Shown here in pieces: positions 9,562 to 18,916 of a DNA stretch of 64,000 bases (position 1 is the stretch's first letter; every line of letters starts with the position of its first letter). Both the position numbers and the translations under genes were made by a program. The DNA is from Candidatus Poribacteria bacterium (lineage in GTDB: Bacteria > Poribacteria > WGA-4E > WGA-3G). Under the pieces are notes generated by a model, which was given only the letters and a program-made list of their open reading frames with translations, had not been told where the DNA came from and did not search any database. The stretch spans positions 544,001 through 608,000 of the forward strand of contig OZ219750.1 in the NCBI GenBank assembly GCA_964291315.2. The letters are read 5' to 3'.

Positions 9562-12498
9562 TTATGTCTGCGTTAGTGTCTCGCGTAATACTTCGACCGG
9601 ATGCTTCGGTTGCACGCCCGTTCCATGTTCGAGTTGATGTCTACAAGAAAAGCCTGCTGCACTGAGTGTGAAACTTCCGGGTGGTTTTTCACGGACAGCC
9701 TCAAAAAGTCGCAATTCGCCAATTTTCATGGAGAGGTCGTAGTGTGCCTTTTCATATCCGAACGCGCCAGCCATACCACAACAACTCGAATCAATCACGG
9801 TAATATTATGTGCTTTTGGTAAACTTAACATTTCTACAGTCGGTTGGATACCTACGAGTGCTCGCTGATGGCAATGTCCGTGTAGCAGAATCTCTTGCGA
9901 ATCCGTTGAGAATTCTAGGGGCAATTCGCTATTTTGGGTCAGTTGCACAAAAAATTCCTCAAACGAGTAGGTAGCCTCAGCAACGCGTTTCGCATCAGGC
10001 GTGCCGATTAAATCAATGTAATCATCGGTTAGTGCAGAAGTACAACTTGGTTCACACCCAATGATAGGAATTCCTTTGTCGGCATAAGCGCAGAGGGTGT
10101 CAATGTTGTAGAAAGCGTTTTCAACTGCCCGATCGAGCATCCCTTCTGAGATAAGCGGTCTACCGCAACATCGTTTGTTAGGTAGAATTACCTCAAATCC
10201 ACAGGCTTCCAGCAGCTCCACCGCAGCTTTACCGATAGAAGGTTCACTGTAGTTCATGAAGGTATCTGGAAAGAGCACCACTTTCTTATCTGATATTCGT
10301 CTCGAACGCCGCTTTCGGAACCACTGTTCATAAGTAGGTCGCACGAAGGTAGGCATATCCCGGCGTCGATCGACACCGATAAGTTTCTCTGCAATCCATT
10401 TAGAGAATGTGTTATTGACTGCCCAATTAGAGAGAGGGGAGAACATCGAACCGAGCGGCGCAAGTGTACCAATTTCACCGAATAACCGTCGATGTAGCGG
10501 TAAGCCGTTTGCTTTGTGATAGTGTGCGAGTACCTCATATTTAATCTTCGCCATATCCACGTTAGACGGGCATTCTGCCTTGCAGGCTTTGCATCCTAGG
10601 CATAGGTCCAGAACTTCTTGTAGTCGTTCGCCGGTGAGTTCAGTGTGTGGCAAAGCTCCTGAAATAACTGCGCGGAGCGCATTCGCGCGCCCACGCGTTG
10701 AGTGTTCCTCTTCCCGTGTGCCGATGAAAGAAGGACACATGGTGCCAGTCAGCGTTTTTCTGCAGGCACCAACGCCGTTACACATCTCAATTGCTCTACT
10801 AAACCCGTCTTGACTGGAAAAATCGAAATAGGTGTCAATTTTAATAGCGTTGTAATCTTTACCGAAGCGGAGGTTTTCTGTCATCGGCGGGGCATCAACG
10901 ATTTTGCCCGGATTCATTATACCATTGGGGTCAAAAGCTCTTTTCACCTCGGTGAGTGCCTTATATATCTGTGGGCCGAACATACTTTTTATCCACTCAC
11001 TCCTGACGAGCCCATCGCCGTGTTCTCCGCTCATCGTACCCTCCAATTCCAGGAGCAGGTCTCGAACTTCGCGAGCGATGTCATGCATTTTCTGAATGTC
11101 AGTCTCAGATTTCAGGTTAACGATAGGACGGTTGTGTAACAGGCCAACGCTGGCGTGTGCGTAGTAGGCGGCGGTGGTATTGTGTGCTGTGACGATCTCA
11201 TCAAACCTGCGGACGTACTCCGGCAGATTTTCTATTGGCACTGCGGCATCTTCAACGAAGCCGACAGGTTTTGCATCGCCTTTCATACCCATTAGCAAGC
11301 CGAGTCCCGCTTTCCGTGTTTCCCATACTTGTGATTTTTCTTCAGCGGTGAAACAGCGTACGAACGCGTAGCCGAGCCCTGTACTTTTCAACACTTTTTC
11401 GAGTCTATCCAGATGCGATTCCAGTTCTGTCTGTGTTTCACCGTAAAATTCGACTGCAAGCAGCGCAGCAGGTTCACCTTGTATGAAGGTAGTCAATCGT
11501 GAAAATTCTAACGATCCGCGCGCCATATCGAGAATTGTTTTATCTATAAGTTCTACGGCGGTTGGGTTACATTCCAAGATAGGTTGCATAGCTTCCATAG
11601 AGCCAATGAGGGACTCAAAATGGACAACACACAGAGCTGTCAATTTAGGAATGGGAACGAGGTTTATTGCCGCCTCGACAGTTGTTGCAAGAGTGCCTTC
11701 AGAACCGATGAGGATTTTCGTCAAGTTGAACGGATGGTTTTCATCGCAACCATCGCGACGGTAGGGCGTAACCTCTTTTGAACCGGCATCTATAACAAAC
11801 TCATCTAGATTATAACCTGCAACACGGCGCAAGATACGTGGGTAGCGTTTACGGATCTCTGCTTCGTTGTCTGCACATATTCGACAAAGTTCTCGATAAA
11901 TGTTTGCTTCTAATGTAGTTCCCTGTTTTTTAGTGTTTAGTTCTGTGAATGATATGGGGGCTGCTGTAATTGGATCAGCGTTTGAAAGCACTAAGTCAAG
12001 CGACATAACATGATCGATAGTTTTGCCGTAGATAAGTGAGTGTGCCCCTGCGGAATTGTTTCCAATAGTGCCTCCAACATTTGCCCGACTACTCGTTGCG
12101 ACATCCGGGGCGTACATCAAACCGTGCGGTTTTAGTTTGTGGTTCAACTCATCTAAGACGATACCAGGCTCAACGCGCGCCCAACGTTCGCCGACATTCA
12201 CCTCAAGAAGTTGATTCATATATTTAGACATATCCAGTACGATTGCCTCACCGACACTCTGCCCGGCAAGGCTTGTGCCGCCACCACGCGGAAGAATCGG
12301 GACCTTATGTTCTGACGCGATTTGTAATGTCTGGATGACATCCTGTCTGTTTTTTGGTATTACAACACCTATTGGTTGTATTTGGTAGAGGCTTGCGTCT
12401 GTGCTATAAAGTGCCTTGGAGTACAAGTCAAAGCGGACCTCTCCAGTAATCGTTTTTAACAATAGGTGTTCAAGGGTTTCCGCTATGGAAGTGTTCAT
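9562..12498 (-). CDS. FAD-binding plus Fe-S oxidoreductase (YdiJ/GlcD-GlcF fusion, D-2-hydroxyacid dehydrogenase-like)
   Basis: PRGGGTSLAGQ FAD motif, GEHGDG, CNGVGAC, CLGCKACKAECP, and CCG domains. Confidence 0.88.
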   Translation of the reverse strand: MNTSIAETLEHLLLKTITGEVRFDLYSKALYSTDASLYQIQPIGVVIPKNRQDVIQTLQIASEHKVPILPRGGGTSLAGQSVGEAIVLDMSKYMNQLLEVNVGERWARVEPGIVLDELNHKLKPHGLMYAPDVATSSRANVGGTIGNNSAGAHSLIYGKTIDHVMSLDLVLSNADPITAAPISFTELNTKKQGTTLEANIYRELCRICADNEAEIRKRYPRILRRVAGYNLDEFVIDAGSKEVTPYRRDGCDENHPFNLTKILIGSEGTLATTVEAAINLVPIPKLTALCVVHFESLIGSMEAMQPILECNPTAVELIDKTILDMARGSLEFSRLTTFIQGEPAALLAVEFYGETQTELESHLDRLEKVLKSTGLGYAFVRCFTAEEKSQVWETRKAGLGLLMGMKGDAKPVGFVEDAAVPIENLPEYVRRFDEIVTAHNTTAAYYAHASVGLLHNRPIVNLKSETDIQKMHDIAREVRDLLLELEGTMSGEHGDGLVRSEWIKSMFGPQIYKALTEVKRAFDPNGIMNPGKIVDAPPMTENLRFGKDYNAIKIDTYFDFSSQDGFSRAIEMCNGVGACRKTLTGTMCPSFIGTREEEHSTRGRANALRAVISGALPHTELTGERLQEVLDLCLGCKACKAECPSNVDMAKIKYEVLAHYHKANGLPLHRRLFGEIGTLAPLGSMFSPLSNWAVNNTFSKWIAEKLIGVDRRRDMPTFVRPTYEQWFRKRRSRRISDKKVVLFPDTFMNYSEPSIGKAAVELLEACGFEVILPNKRCCGRPLISEGMLDRAVENAFYNIDTLCAYADKGIPIIGCEPSCTSALTDDYIDLIGTPDAKRVAEATYSFEEFFVQLTQNSELPLEFSTDSQEILLHGHCHQRALVGIQPTVEMLSLPKAHNITVIDSSCCGMAGAFGYEKAHYDLSMKIGELRLFEAVREKPPGSFTLSAAGFSCRHQLEHGTGVQPKHPVEVLRETLTQT

Positions 12499-12667
12499 AT
12501 CTTTTGTCCTGAAACTTTGAAACCGTTCAACCTGTTCAGCTTTCCACGGTGGTTTTCGGTTAATCTGGCCCCCCTCATACCTTATAAGAGGGTTTAACTG
12601 TTAAAGTTTGAGGTTGTTAAGCAGGCCCTTCTTATCATGAGTGATTCTTAAAAAACCTCAAAAAGAT

Positions 12668-12696
12668 TTGACATTATGGTCTGAATAAGGTATAAT
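12668..12696 (+). promoter_or_regulatory. Consensus sigma70 promoter of tRNA-Leu
   Basis: TTGACA-17 nt-TATAAT. Confidence 0.85.
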
Positions 12697-12708
12697 TAAT
12701 TATAAAAT

Positions 12709-12792
12709 GCCCCTGTGGTGGAATTTGGTATACACGGCAGGTTGAGGGCCTGTGCCTTAATTGGCATGCTGGTTCGAGTCCAGTCGGGGGCA
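12709..12792 (+). tRNA. tRNA-Leu(GAG)
   Basis: Acceptor GCCCCTG/CGGGGGC; anticodon arm GCAGG-TTGAGGG-CCTGT; long variable arm; GGTTCGAGTCC T-arm. Confidence 0.95.
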
Positions 12793-12808
12793 CTGTTTTT
12801 CCCTTCTT

Positions 12809-13981
12809 CTACTTCTCGGTCCCAACCTTTGGAACGCCTCCTAGTAACTCCTTGTATACCTGATATGTCCGGTCTGCGATTGTTTCCCATGTAAAGTTTT
12901 CGATACGGGCGAGTCCACGTGCAATCAGAGCATTGCGAAGGTCAGCGTCCTCTGCGATTTGACGTATCTTTTCTGCTAAGGCATCTGCATCTGCTTCAGG
13001 GAAAATAAGCCCCGCATTGCCAATCACCTGCGGAATTTCTCCAGAATCTGAACCGATGACTGGGACCTCACACGCCATTCCTTCTATAAGCACTCTCCCA
13101 AAAAATTCAACCCATCCTGCTGTTGTCCGAGACGGAAGGACTAACACGTCCATACAATTGATATAGAGGGCTACCTCTTCCGGAGGTACGGCATCTATCC
13201 ATATAACTTGTTCGGAAATACCAAGTATTTCAGCAGTCTTCTGAAAGTCGAGTTTATCCTCTCCTTGTCCGACGATGAGGAGTTTATAGGTGTGTGTACC
13301 CTCTTGATTTACAACAAGGCGGACAAATGCCTCAAGCAGCGTATCTATACCTTTCATTGCTAGTAGCCTGCCGACATAACCGATGACAAAACAGTCGTTG
13401 AACCCGAATGATTTCTGCAATTCAGTGACATCTATTTTGTAGAAGTGGCGGACATCAACACCGTTTGGAAAAGCTGTTTGTTGTCCAGTGTATCCTCGTT
13501 CAGTTAGGATTTTACCAGCGTTTGCGCTTAGTGGAAAGGCTCTATCAGTTTCCTGAAAAACACGTTGTTCGATCCACACGGGCAATATGCCAAATTTCTG
13601 TTTGATTGGTACGCTGAGTGAGGTGCGAAAGATAAAACGACTGTTCGGGCAATACTTCCGTTTTAAGCGAACTGTCTGTAGGGCGTTAAGACTCCATGCC
13701 TCCTCTTCAAGGTGAATAATGTCCGGTTGGAAGTCCTTAAAATGGGACTTCACACCACGTCGGTAGTAAAAACGGCTGCCGTAGCCGGAGAATCGGATTG
13801 GCCATGGAAATTCCTCACATGGTGTGTCGGGTTCGGGTTCAAAAACGATATTTTGGAAACTTTCGTACCAGCATGTAGGTGTAATAACACGTAGGGTGAC
13901 ATCCGGACGTGCGGCAATGATCGCGAACTTTCGCCGGTACGGCTTCATGATATAAGAATGAGAGAGAACTAAGACACGCAC
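12809..13981 (-). CDS. Glycosyltransferase family 4
   Basis: PNGVD, GYVGRL..KG, EFFGRVLIEGMAC..PVIGS..G motifs. Confidence 0.9.
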   Translation of the reverse strand: MRVLVLSHSYIMKPYRRKFAIIAARPDVTLRVITPTCWYESFQNIVFEPEPDTPCEEFPWPIRFSGYGSRFYYRRGVKSHFKDFQPDIIHLEEEAWSLNALQTVRLKRKYCPNSRFIFRTSLSVPIKQKFGILPVWIEQRVFQETDRAFPLSANAGKILTERGYTGQQTAFPNGVDVRHFYKIDVTELQKSFGFNDCFVIGYVGRLLAMKGIDTLLEAFVRLVVNQEGTHTYKLLIVGQGEDKLDFQKTAEILGISEQVIWIDAVPPEEVALYINCMDVLVLPSRTTAGWVEFFGRVLIEGMACEVPVIGSDSGEIPQVIGNAGLIFPEADADALAEKIRQIAEDADLRNALIARGLARIENFTWETIADRTYQVYKELLGGVPKVGTEK

Positions 13982-14024
13982 AACTATTTGTTATTTCGGC
14001 TTTGTTGAGAACATGCTGAGCCTA

Positions 14025-14447
14025 CTACTCTTCTTCTTCAAGGCTTCTTGTAGGTCGGACAACGATTGTTCTCTCCGCCTCGTTCCGTACGGTGGTGAAG
14101 GCAATTTCCCGGCTTGTATCTGGCTCCGCGGCTGCCTCTGTTTCAGTATCCGTGTCTGTTTCATTTGATGCAGCGAGAACATCCATCAAACCCTCAAGGC
14201 GTTCTCGGATATCCGTACGCTCTTGCGAAATAGCTAACCGTTCTAAATTAAGTTCCTCTTCAAGGTCACGGTTCCGCTGTTCGAGTTCTTGGATCTTAGC
14301 ATCGCGTTCTACCACGTTGCTGTTAAGCCTTGCAATATCAGCTTCTAGTTCGAATTTTTCTGCTCTTAATTCTTGAACGGTGGAAATTGCAAGTTCAACA
14401 TGCTCTTCCAAAAGTGATACAATACTTTTTTTCGACAATTCAGCCAT
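14025..14447 (-). CDS. Coiled-coil protein, ZapB-like
   Basis: LEEHVELAISTVQELRAE...IRERLEGLM pattern resembles ZapB; acidic tail. Confidence 0.55.
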   Translation of the reverse strand: MAELSKKSIVSLLEEHVELAISTVQELRAEKFELEADIARLNSNVVERDAKIQELEQRNRDLEEELNLERLAISQERTDIRERLEGLMDVLAASNETDTDTETEAAAEPDTSREIAFTTVRNEAERTIVVRPTRSLEEEE

Positions 14448-14475
14448 ATTTGGCCTCCTTTCAAGGTCCTATTGC

Positions 14476-15396
14476 TCATTTTACTATAGTTTCACAACTT
14501 TCGGTTGCGGGTTCGGTTCCTGTTTCAATAAGCGATTGGTGCTCAGTGTCTGCCCAGTCTGGGAATTTATGAACGTAGTGAAAGAGGTATTGCTGTGCAT
14601 ATCCGATGCCATCCCCGAAATAGTTATGCGCGAATTCACGTATTTCGCGATGTGTGGCGTGCCGACGCAGATAAAGGGTCTCGAAAATGCGTTTTATCCA
14701 GACATCAATGGGCAATGCTGTAAGATGCCCAAGCGAAAATAGACAGATACAATCTGCCACTTTTTCGCCAATACCTTTTTGCCGCATCAATTCCTGTTTT
14801 GCTTCAAGGTATGGCAATTGCTTCAGTGAAGTAAGGACAAGTTCCCCACTAATGACTGCACGCGCAATAGCCTGAAGATAGCTCGCTCGGTAACCGGTAC
14901 CGCATCCCAGGATCTCTTCTTCAGTGGTTGTCGCAAGGGCGTATGGACTCGGAAAACTATAATCGATATAAGTTTCCATTCTCAATTTTTCACCGTAACG
15001 CTCGGAGAGTCTACGGATAATCTTTCGGATTCGCGATATGTTGTTGTTTTGTGATAAAATAAAGGACGCTATCGTCTCCCAGAGTTCTTGGTTTAGAATA
15101 CGCATCCCCCAAAAGGTTTGAATCGTCCGGTGAATATAGGCATCCTTATCAACCTCGGCGAGGATTTTAGGCACATCTCGCGCCAGATCGAGATAGTGCC
15201 GGAGGTATGGCACGAAAGTCGTATCATCTTCGTTAGCGGAGCTTTCAATGTGCACAGTGGCCTCTTGTTGATAGATTTTGAGTATACGGCCCTCCACAAC
15301 ACCGTAATAGGCATCATTTATTCTGTTCCATCTAAATGATTGACCTGACTCTAATGTATATTTCAGACTAAAATTTGTTACATTCTGGATTTGCAT
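14476..15396 (-). CDS. 8-oxoguanine DNA glycosylase (OGG1-like, HhH-GPD)
   Basis: TLESGQSFRW N-domain; SFILSQNNNI; KGIGEKVADC..LF..PIDVW; GYAQQYLF. Confidence 0.88.
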   Translation of the reverse strand: MQIQNVTNFSLKYTLESGQSFRWNRINDAYYGVVEGRILKIYQQEATVHIESSANEDDTTFVPYLRHYLDLARDVPKILAEVDKDAYIHRTIQTFWGMRILNQELWETIASFILSQNNNISRIRKIIRRLSERYGEKLRMETYIDYSFPSPYALATTTEEEILGCGTGYRASYLQAIARAVISGELVLTSLKQLPYLEAKQELMRQKGIGEKVADCICLFSLGHLTALPIDVWIKRIFETLYLRRHATHREIREFAHNYFGDGIGYAQQYLFHYVHKFPDWADTEHQSLIETGTEPATESCETIVK

Positions 15397-15901
15397 CGTG
15401 ATGAGTTTGTATTGTCTATTTTATCAGGTTTTTACAAGAGTTCGCAATTGAAATCCTTCCTATTTCTTAATTTGCTATATTAACGTAAACGTCAAAAATC
15501 CTATCATTAAAAACAAAAAAAGTGTGTTTCTCATAAAACATCTCTCCTTATTACGATCAGATGCCTTTATGAGTGGTGCTCATCTATTTTCCAGCGAACT
15601 TGCCTGTTTTCAATTATACTTATCTTTATATTTGTTGTCAAGTGTTTTCGCACCCGTCTCCGCCGCCGAAAAACCGACAGTTATGCTCTTGAGTCCGGCG
15701 CGGCCGGGGAGACCGTTCAAATGGACGAGATGCTGAACGAGTCAGTTAATACATATCAACGCGAAATTGACGAAGGCTTAGGGATTTAACCTACCCTCAA
15801 TAGGACGTGCACAGCTGTATAACCGCTGCTGCTAGGTTCTGCCTTATATCCCAGTCTCCCTTGTATAATGGTTTCCTGTGAGTTTGTGGCGTTGTGCTCT
15901 T

Positions 15902-16311
15902 GTATCATAGACTGTCAGTCTGTGCTACGAGTTCTGTAAATTGCCAGTGTGATATTCGCTATTCTGTAGATAGAATATCAACGGTTCAGCTTTTTTTGAA
16001 AAAAAGTTGACAAAAACTTGGAAATAGGTATAATATCGTGTAGGCAGTTTATTAACGTTCCGTAGTAGATATATGTATCTGCCTGTTCATGGATATCAGC
16101 AATATGTCGTTTCATTTTCACTCAAGCCGATGTCAACTGACATCACTTTTTTAGTATCGTTAGTTTTCGTAGCCTGGTTTCCTATGAGTCTGTGCCTTGT
16201 AGCATAACCTGTCAGGTTGTGCATCCTTAGCTTGTGTTACGAAAGATGTGGCACAGGAAACCAACAGCCTATGCTACGGAAGATGTAGCACAGACCCACA
16301 GTCTCTGCCAC
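15902..16311. repeat. Cluster of GTAG-type REP-like palindromes
   Basis: Imperfect 27-30 nt palindromes at 15902-15928, 16199-16225, 16248-16277 and 16285-16311 (consensus GTAGCAYAGACTGNCAGTCTRTGCTAC). Confidence 0.6.
16007..16034 (+). promoter_or_regulatory. sigma70 promoter of the FGE-domain gene
   Basis: TTGACA-16 nt-TATAAT. Confidence 0.7.
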
Positions 16312-16397
16312 AGATAGATTTATCAAAAATCCGATCTCGCTCACGCTTGTGGTGGGAGATCATAATCTTAAAATATACAGCAAAGGAGTATTTTCTG

Positions 16398-18293
16398 GTG
16401 AAAACGTATTTGACAAGCCTGAAACTTATGGTTGCCGCACTCGCTAGAAGAACAGTATTCGTTCTCTCTACGCTTGCTGCGCTGATCCTTGCAATCGCCC
16501 CGTTCGCGGCGGCCGAATGGCAAGAGAACATGGTAACCAATAACACGCTCGAAGAGATCTATGTGATCAAGAGCACCTGGCAGGCAGCAGATGATAACAG
16601 AAACATCCCCGTAGGGTTCCGGACCCGCGGCTCATACCAGCTTCCTCCCGGGAAGTCCAAAGTGTTCTATTCCTGGGACACTAACAGTATCTATTTCCGT
16701 ATTTCAAACGCAGATGGTGCGATAAAAGCGAACAGCGGCACGACGGCTTTTGCGTTCTGGGCTCATCCGGATCGCTCCTTCCGTGTTGTCTCACAGACGC
16801 TCGATGCCTCTGTGACAACGGATCAGCTGCTTTACTCTGATCGTTCGCCGGATCAGTTGGCTCAATTGGAGGGATTTGTCAGCTATACGGGCGGCTCCGA
16901 AGTGGTTGTGACTCCGGCGTGGGTATTGCTAGATGGACAGCCGACTGCTCCGCCAAATAACGAGCTCGGAAACGATGGTGGAGACGATGGTGGTCCGCCC
17001 GGTGGCGATGTTGCGCCGCCTGCGTGGGTAGCGAGCGTGATAACAAATGCCACGGAAGCCGACCTATATGTAGTCTACGCGACGTGGAAGCTGGAGAACC
17101 TGAAAAAAGGGTATCCTGAAGGGTTTCGGACGCGCGGCACCTATCGCATTCGTCCTGGGAAGGGGCGCGTGTTTCATGCCTGGGCGGATAACGAGATTTA
17201 TTTCCGGATTGCCAATGCTGCGGGAGCGTTAAAACCGGAGGCGAGTTCGGAGACGTTTGGGTTCTGGCTGCATCCGAGTCGTTCGTTTCGCTTGGTCTCG
17301 GATCAGGTTTCTGCGACAGTAGAGCAGTCGGGTCTGAGTTACTCGGATCGTTCGGTGTCGAAATTGGAGCGTTCGGATGGTTTTATGGTATATGAGAGTG
17401 GTTCTGACGTGACGGTGACTGCTGATTGGGTGCCGGTAGCTCCTGTAGATGCTGGGAATGACGGTAACGGGAATGCCGGTGACGATGTCGCTCCAGTACC
17501 GCCTGAAACGCCAGTGCCTCCGGTAAACCCGTCAGCTCCTGCGGGCATGGTGTTGATCCCCGCTGGCACCTTCCAGATGGGCAGCAACAGTGAAATCGAT
17601 GAACGCCCTGTTCATTCTGTGTCTTTAGATGCATTTTATATAGATACACACGAGGTGACGAACGCAGAATACGCAGCGTTCCTCAATGCGAAGGGCAGAC
17701 ACGCCGATGCGGGTCAGATATGGTTCGATATCGGGGATGTTCATGCGCACATTGAGTTAGTAGACGGTATGTATAGTGTGACGTCGGGGTATGCGAATTA
17801 TCCTGTTGTTGAGGTGAGTTGGTATGGCGCGATGGCATATGCTGCGTGGGCAGGCAAGCGGTTACCCACCGAGGCCGAGTGGGAATATGCCGCGAGCGGT
17901 GGTTTGGCCGGCAAGAAATATCCGTGGGGCAACACAATAAACCCCAACCGTGCCAACTACGCTGGGCATTTTGGCGGTATAACGGTAGTAGGTAAATATC
18001 GAGCGAATGGTTATGGTCTGTATGATGTCGCGGGGAATGTCTGGGAGTGGTGTCTGGATGAGTATAGAGGTGATTTTTATACCAGCTCGGCTGCCCATAA
18101 TCCGTTGTCAGGTGCTCCGAACATTAAGTGGCTGTTAGATAACTATACAGGAGTTAATTCATACCGCGTCGTGCGTGGCGGCTCCTGGCTCAATATAGCA
18201 CCGTTCGTGCGGGTCGCCAACCGCAACCTCAATACGCCTACGATCACGATCTTCAACATCGGTTTTCGTTGTGTGAAGTCTGTATCCCCTTGA
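16398..18293 (+). CDS. Secreted protein: two ~135-aa repeats, Pro/Gly linkers and a C-terminal FGE-sulfatase (SUMF1/CLec-fold) domain
   Basis: GTG start after AAGGAG; signal peptide ending AAA; GMVLIPAGTFQMG, EVTN..Y, RLPTEAEWEYAA, NGYGLYD..GNVWEW, RGGSW, GFRC. Confidence 0.88.
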   Translation: MKTYLTSLKLMVAALARRTVFVLSTLAALILAIAPFAAAEWQENMVTNNTLEEIYVIKSTWQAADDNRNIPVGFRTRGSYQLPPGKSKVFYSWDTNSIYFRISNADGAIKANSGTTAFAFWAHPDRSFRVVSQTLDASVTTDQLLYSDRSPDQLAQLEGFVSYTGGSEVVVTPAWVLLDGQPTAPPNNELGNDGGDDGGPPGGDVAPPAWVASVITNATEADLYVVYATWKLENLKKGYPEGFRTRGTYRIRPGKGRVFHAWADNEIYFRIANAAGALKPEASSETFGFWLHPSRSFRLVSDQVSATVEQSGLSYSDRSVSKLERSDGFMVYESGSDVTVTADWVPVAPVDAGNDGNGNAGDDVAPVPPETPVPPVNPSAPAGMVLIPAGTFQMGSNSEIDERPVHSVSLDAFYIDTHEVTNAEYAAFLNAKGRHADAGQIWFDIGDVHAHIELVDGMYSVTSGYANYPVVEVSWYGAMAYAAWAGKRLPTEAEWEYAASGGLAGKKYPWGNTINPNRANYAGHFGGITVVGKYRANGYGLYDVAGNVWEWCLDEYRGDFYTSSAAHNPLSGAPNIKWLLDNYTGVNSYRVVRGGSWLNIAPFVRVANRNLNTPTITIFNIGFRCVKSVSP

Positions 18294-18420
18294 GGCTTTA
18301 CGCATTCACGAATTATGTTTCCGAATCTGTTACGCACACAGGTAGCGTTCAACGCTGTTATTCATTTCTCCTGGGGATTCGCAGTTTCCTGTCAGTTGAG
18401 ATGAGCTAAAGATACAATCC

Positions 18421-18476
18421 GGGGCGTGATGGCTAGTAGGGTTCTGCCGACAGCTCTCACGCCCCTTTTATTTTTT
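18421..18476 (+). terminator. Terminator-like hairpin after the FGE gene
   Basis: GGGGCGTGA/TCACGCCCC stem followed by TTTTATTTTTT; unusually large loop. Confidence 0.55.
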
Positions 18477-18752
18477 ATCGGCTCGCTGCCTGTGGGGAAC
18501 TCCAATTTCCGACGACACGATAGATGCAAAGCGTGCTATACTATGTGTCTATCGGCAGCAGTTATACACACAATTGAGCCGGTAGGTGGAGCGTTTCATA
18601 CGGAGTCGAGGTATGAGAATCACTCCGTCGCTAGGGGCCCGGGGCTTTATCAGGTAAGCTGTCGGTTTCATCAGGCCGCTAAACCTTGCATCGACGAGCC
18701 CACGCGGCTCTTCGTTTACGGGCAGCAAACACACACGCAATCCGCAGTCCGC
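18421..18752. ncRNA. Candidate structured non-coding element, family not recognised
   Basis: Dense nested stems and one long-range 10-nt pairing in an intergenic region without a credible ORF (see findings). Confidence 0.4.
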
Positions 18753-18822
18753 ATTATATAGTAGTATATTTGAAAAATTAGCAAGTTTTTATCATAATTA
18801 GGTATCCCGCCCCGATCCAAAT

Positions 18823-18851
18823 TTGACATTTATCCCGTTTATATGTATAAT
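18823..18851 (+). promoter_or_regulatory. Consensus sigma70 promoter
   Basis: TTGACA-17 nt-TATAAT. Confidence 0.8.
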
Positions 18852-18916
18852 ATTAACACGCTTCATGTGTGAGAGTCCATTAGACAGAAACCAAAGAGGA
18901 GATACTTTAGTAACAT

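Noticed and set aside
12709-12792. tRNA-Leu as an integration site for an island
   Set aside because: No integrase and no duplicated tRNA 3' end seen in the window.
15524-15790. Short ORFs between ogg and the FGE gene
   Set aside because: No RBS or recognisable motif; at most a gene remnant.
16248-16397. ORF-track start of the FGE protein
   Set aside because: Begins inside a REP-like palindrome; the RBS and signal peptide fit GTG 16398.
18590-18680. Hammerhead ribozyme (minus-strand CTGATGA ... GAAAC)
   Set aside because: No stem II closes between CUGAUGA and GAAA, and no NUH site pairs with the GAAAC arm.
18421-18752. tmRNA, RNase P, SRP, SAM-I or T-box identity
   Set aside because: No tRNA-like 3' end or Ala-ending tag, no GAGGAAAGUCC, no SRP GGAA loop motif, no SAM-I P1/P3 core, no T-box sequence.
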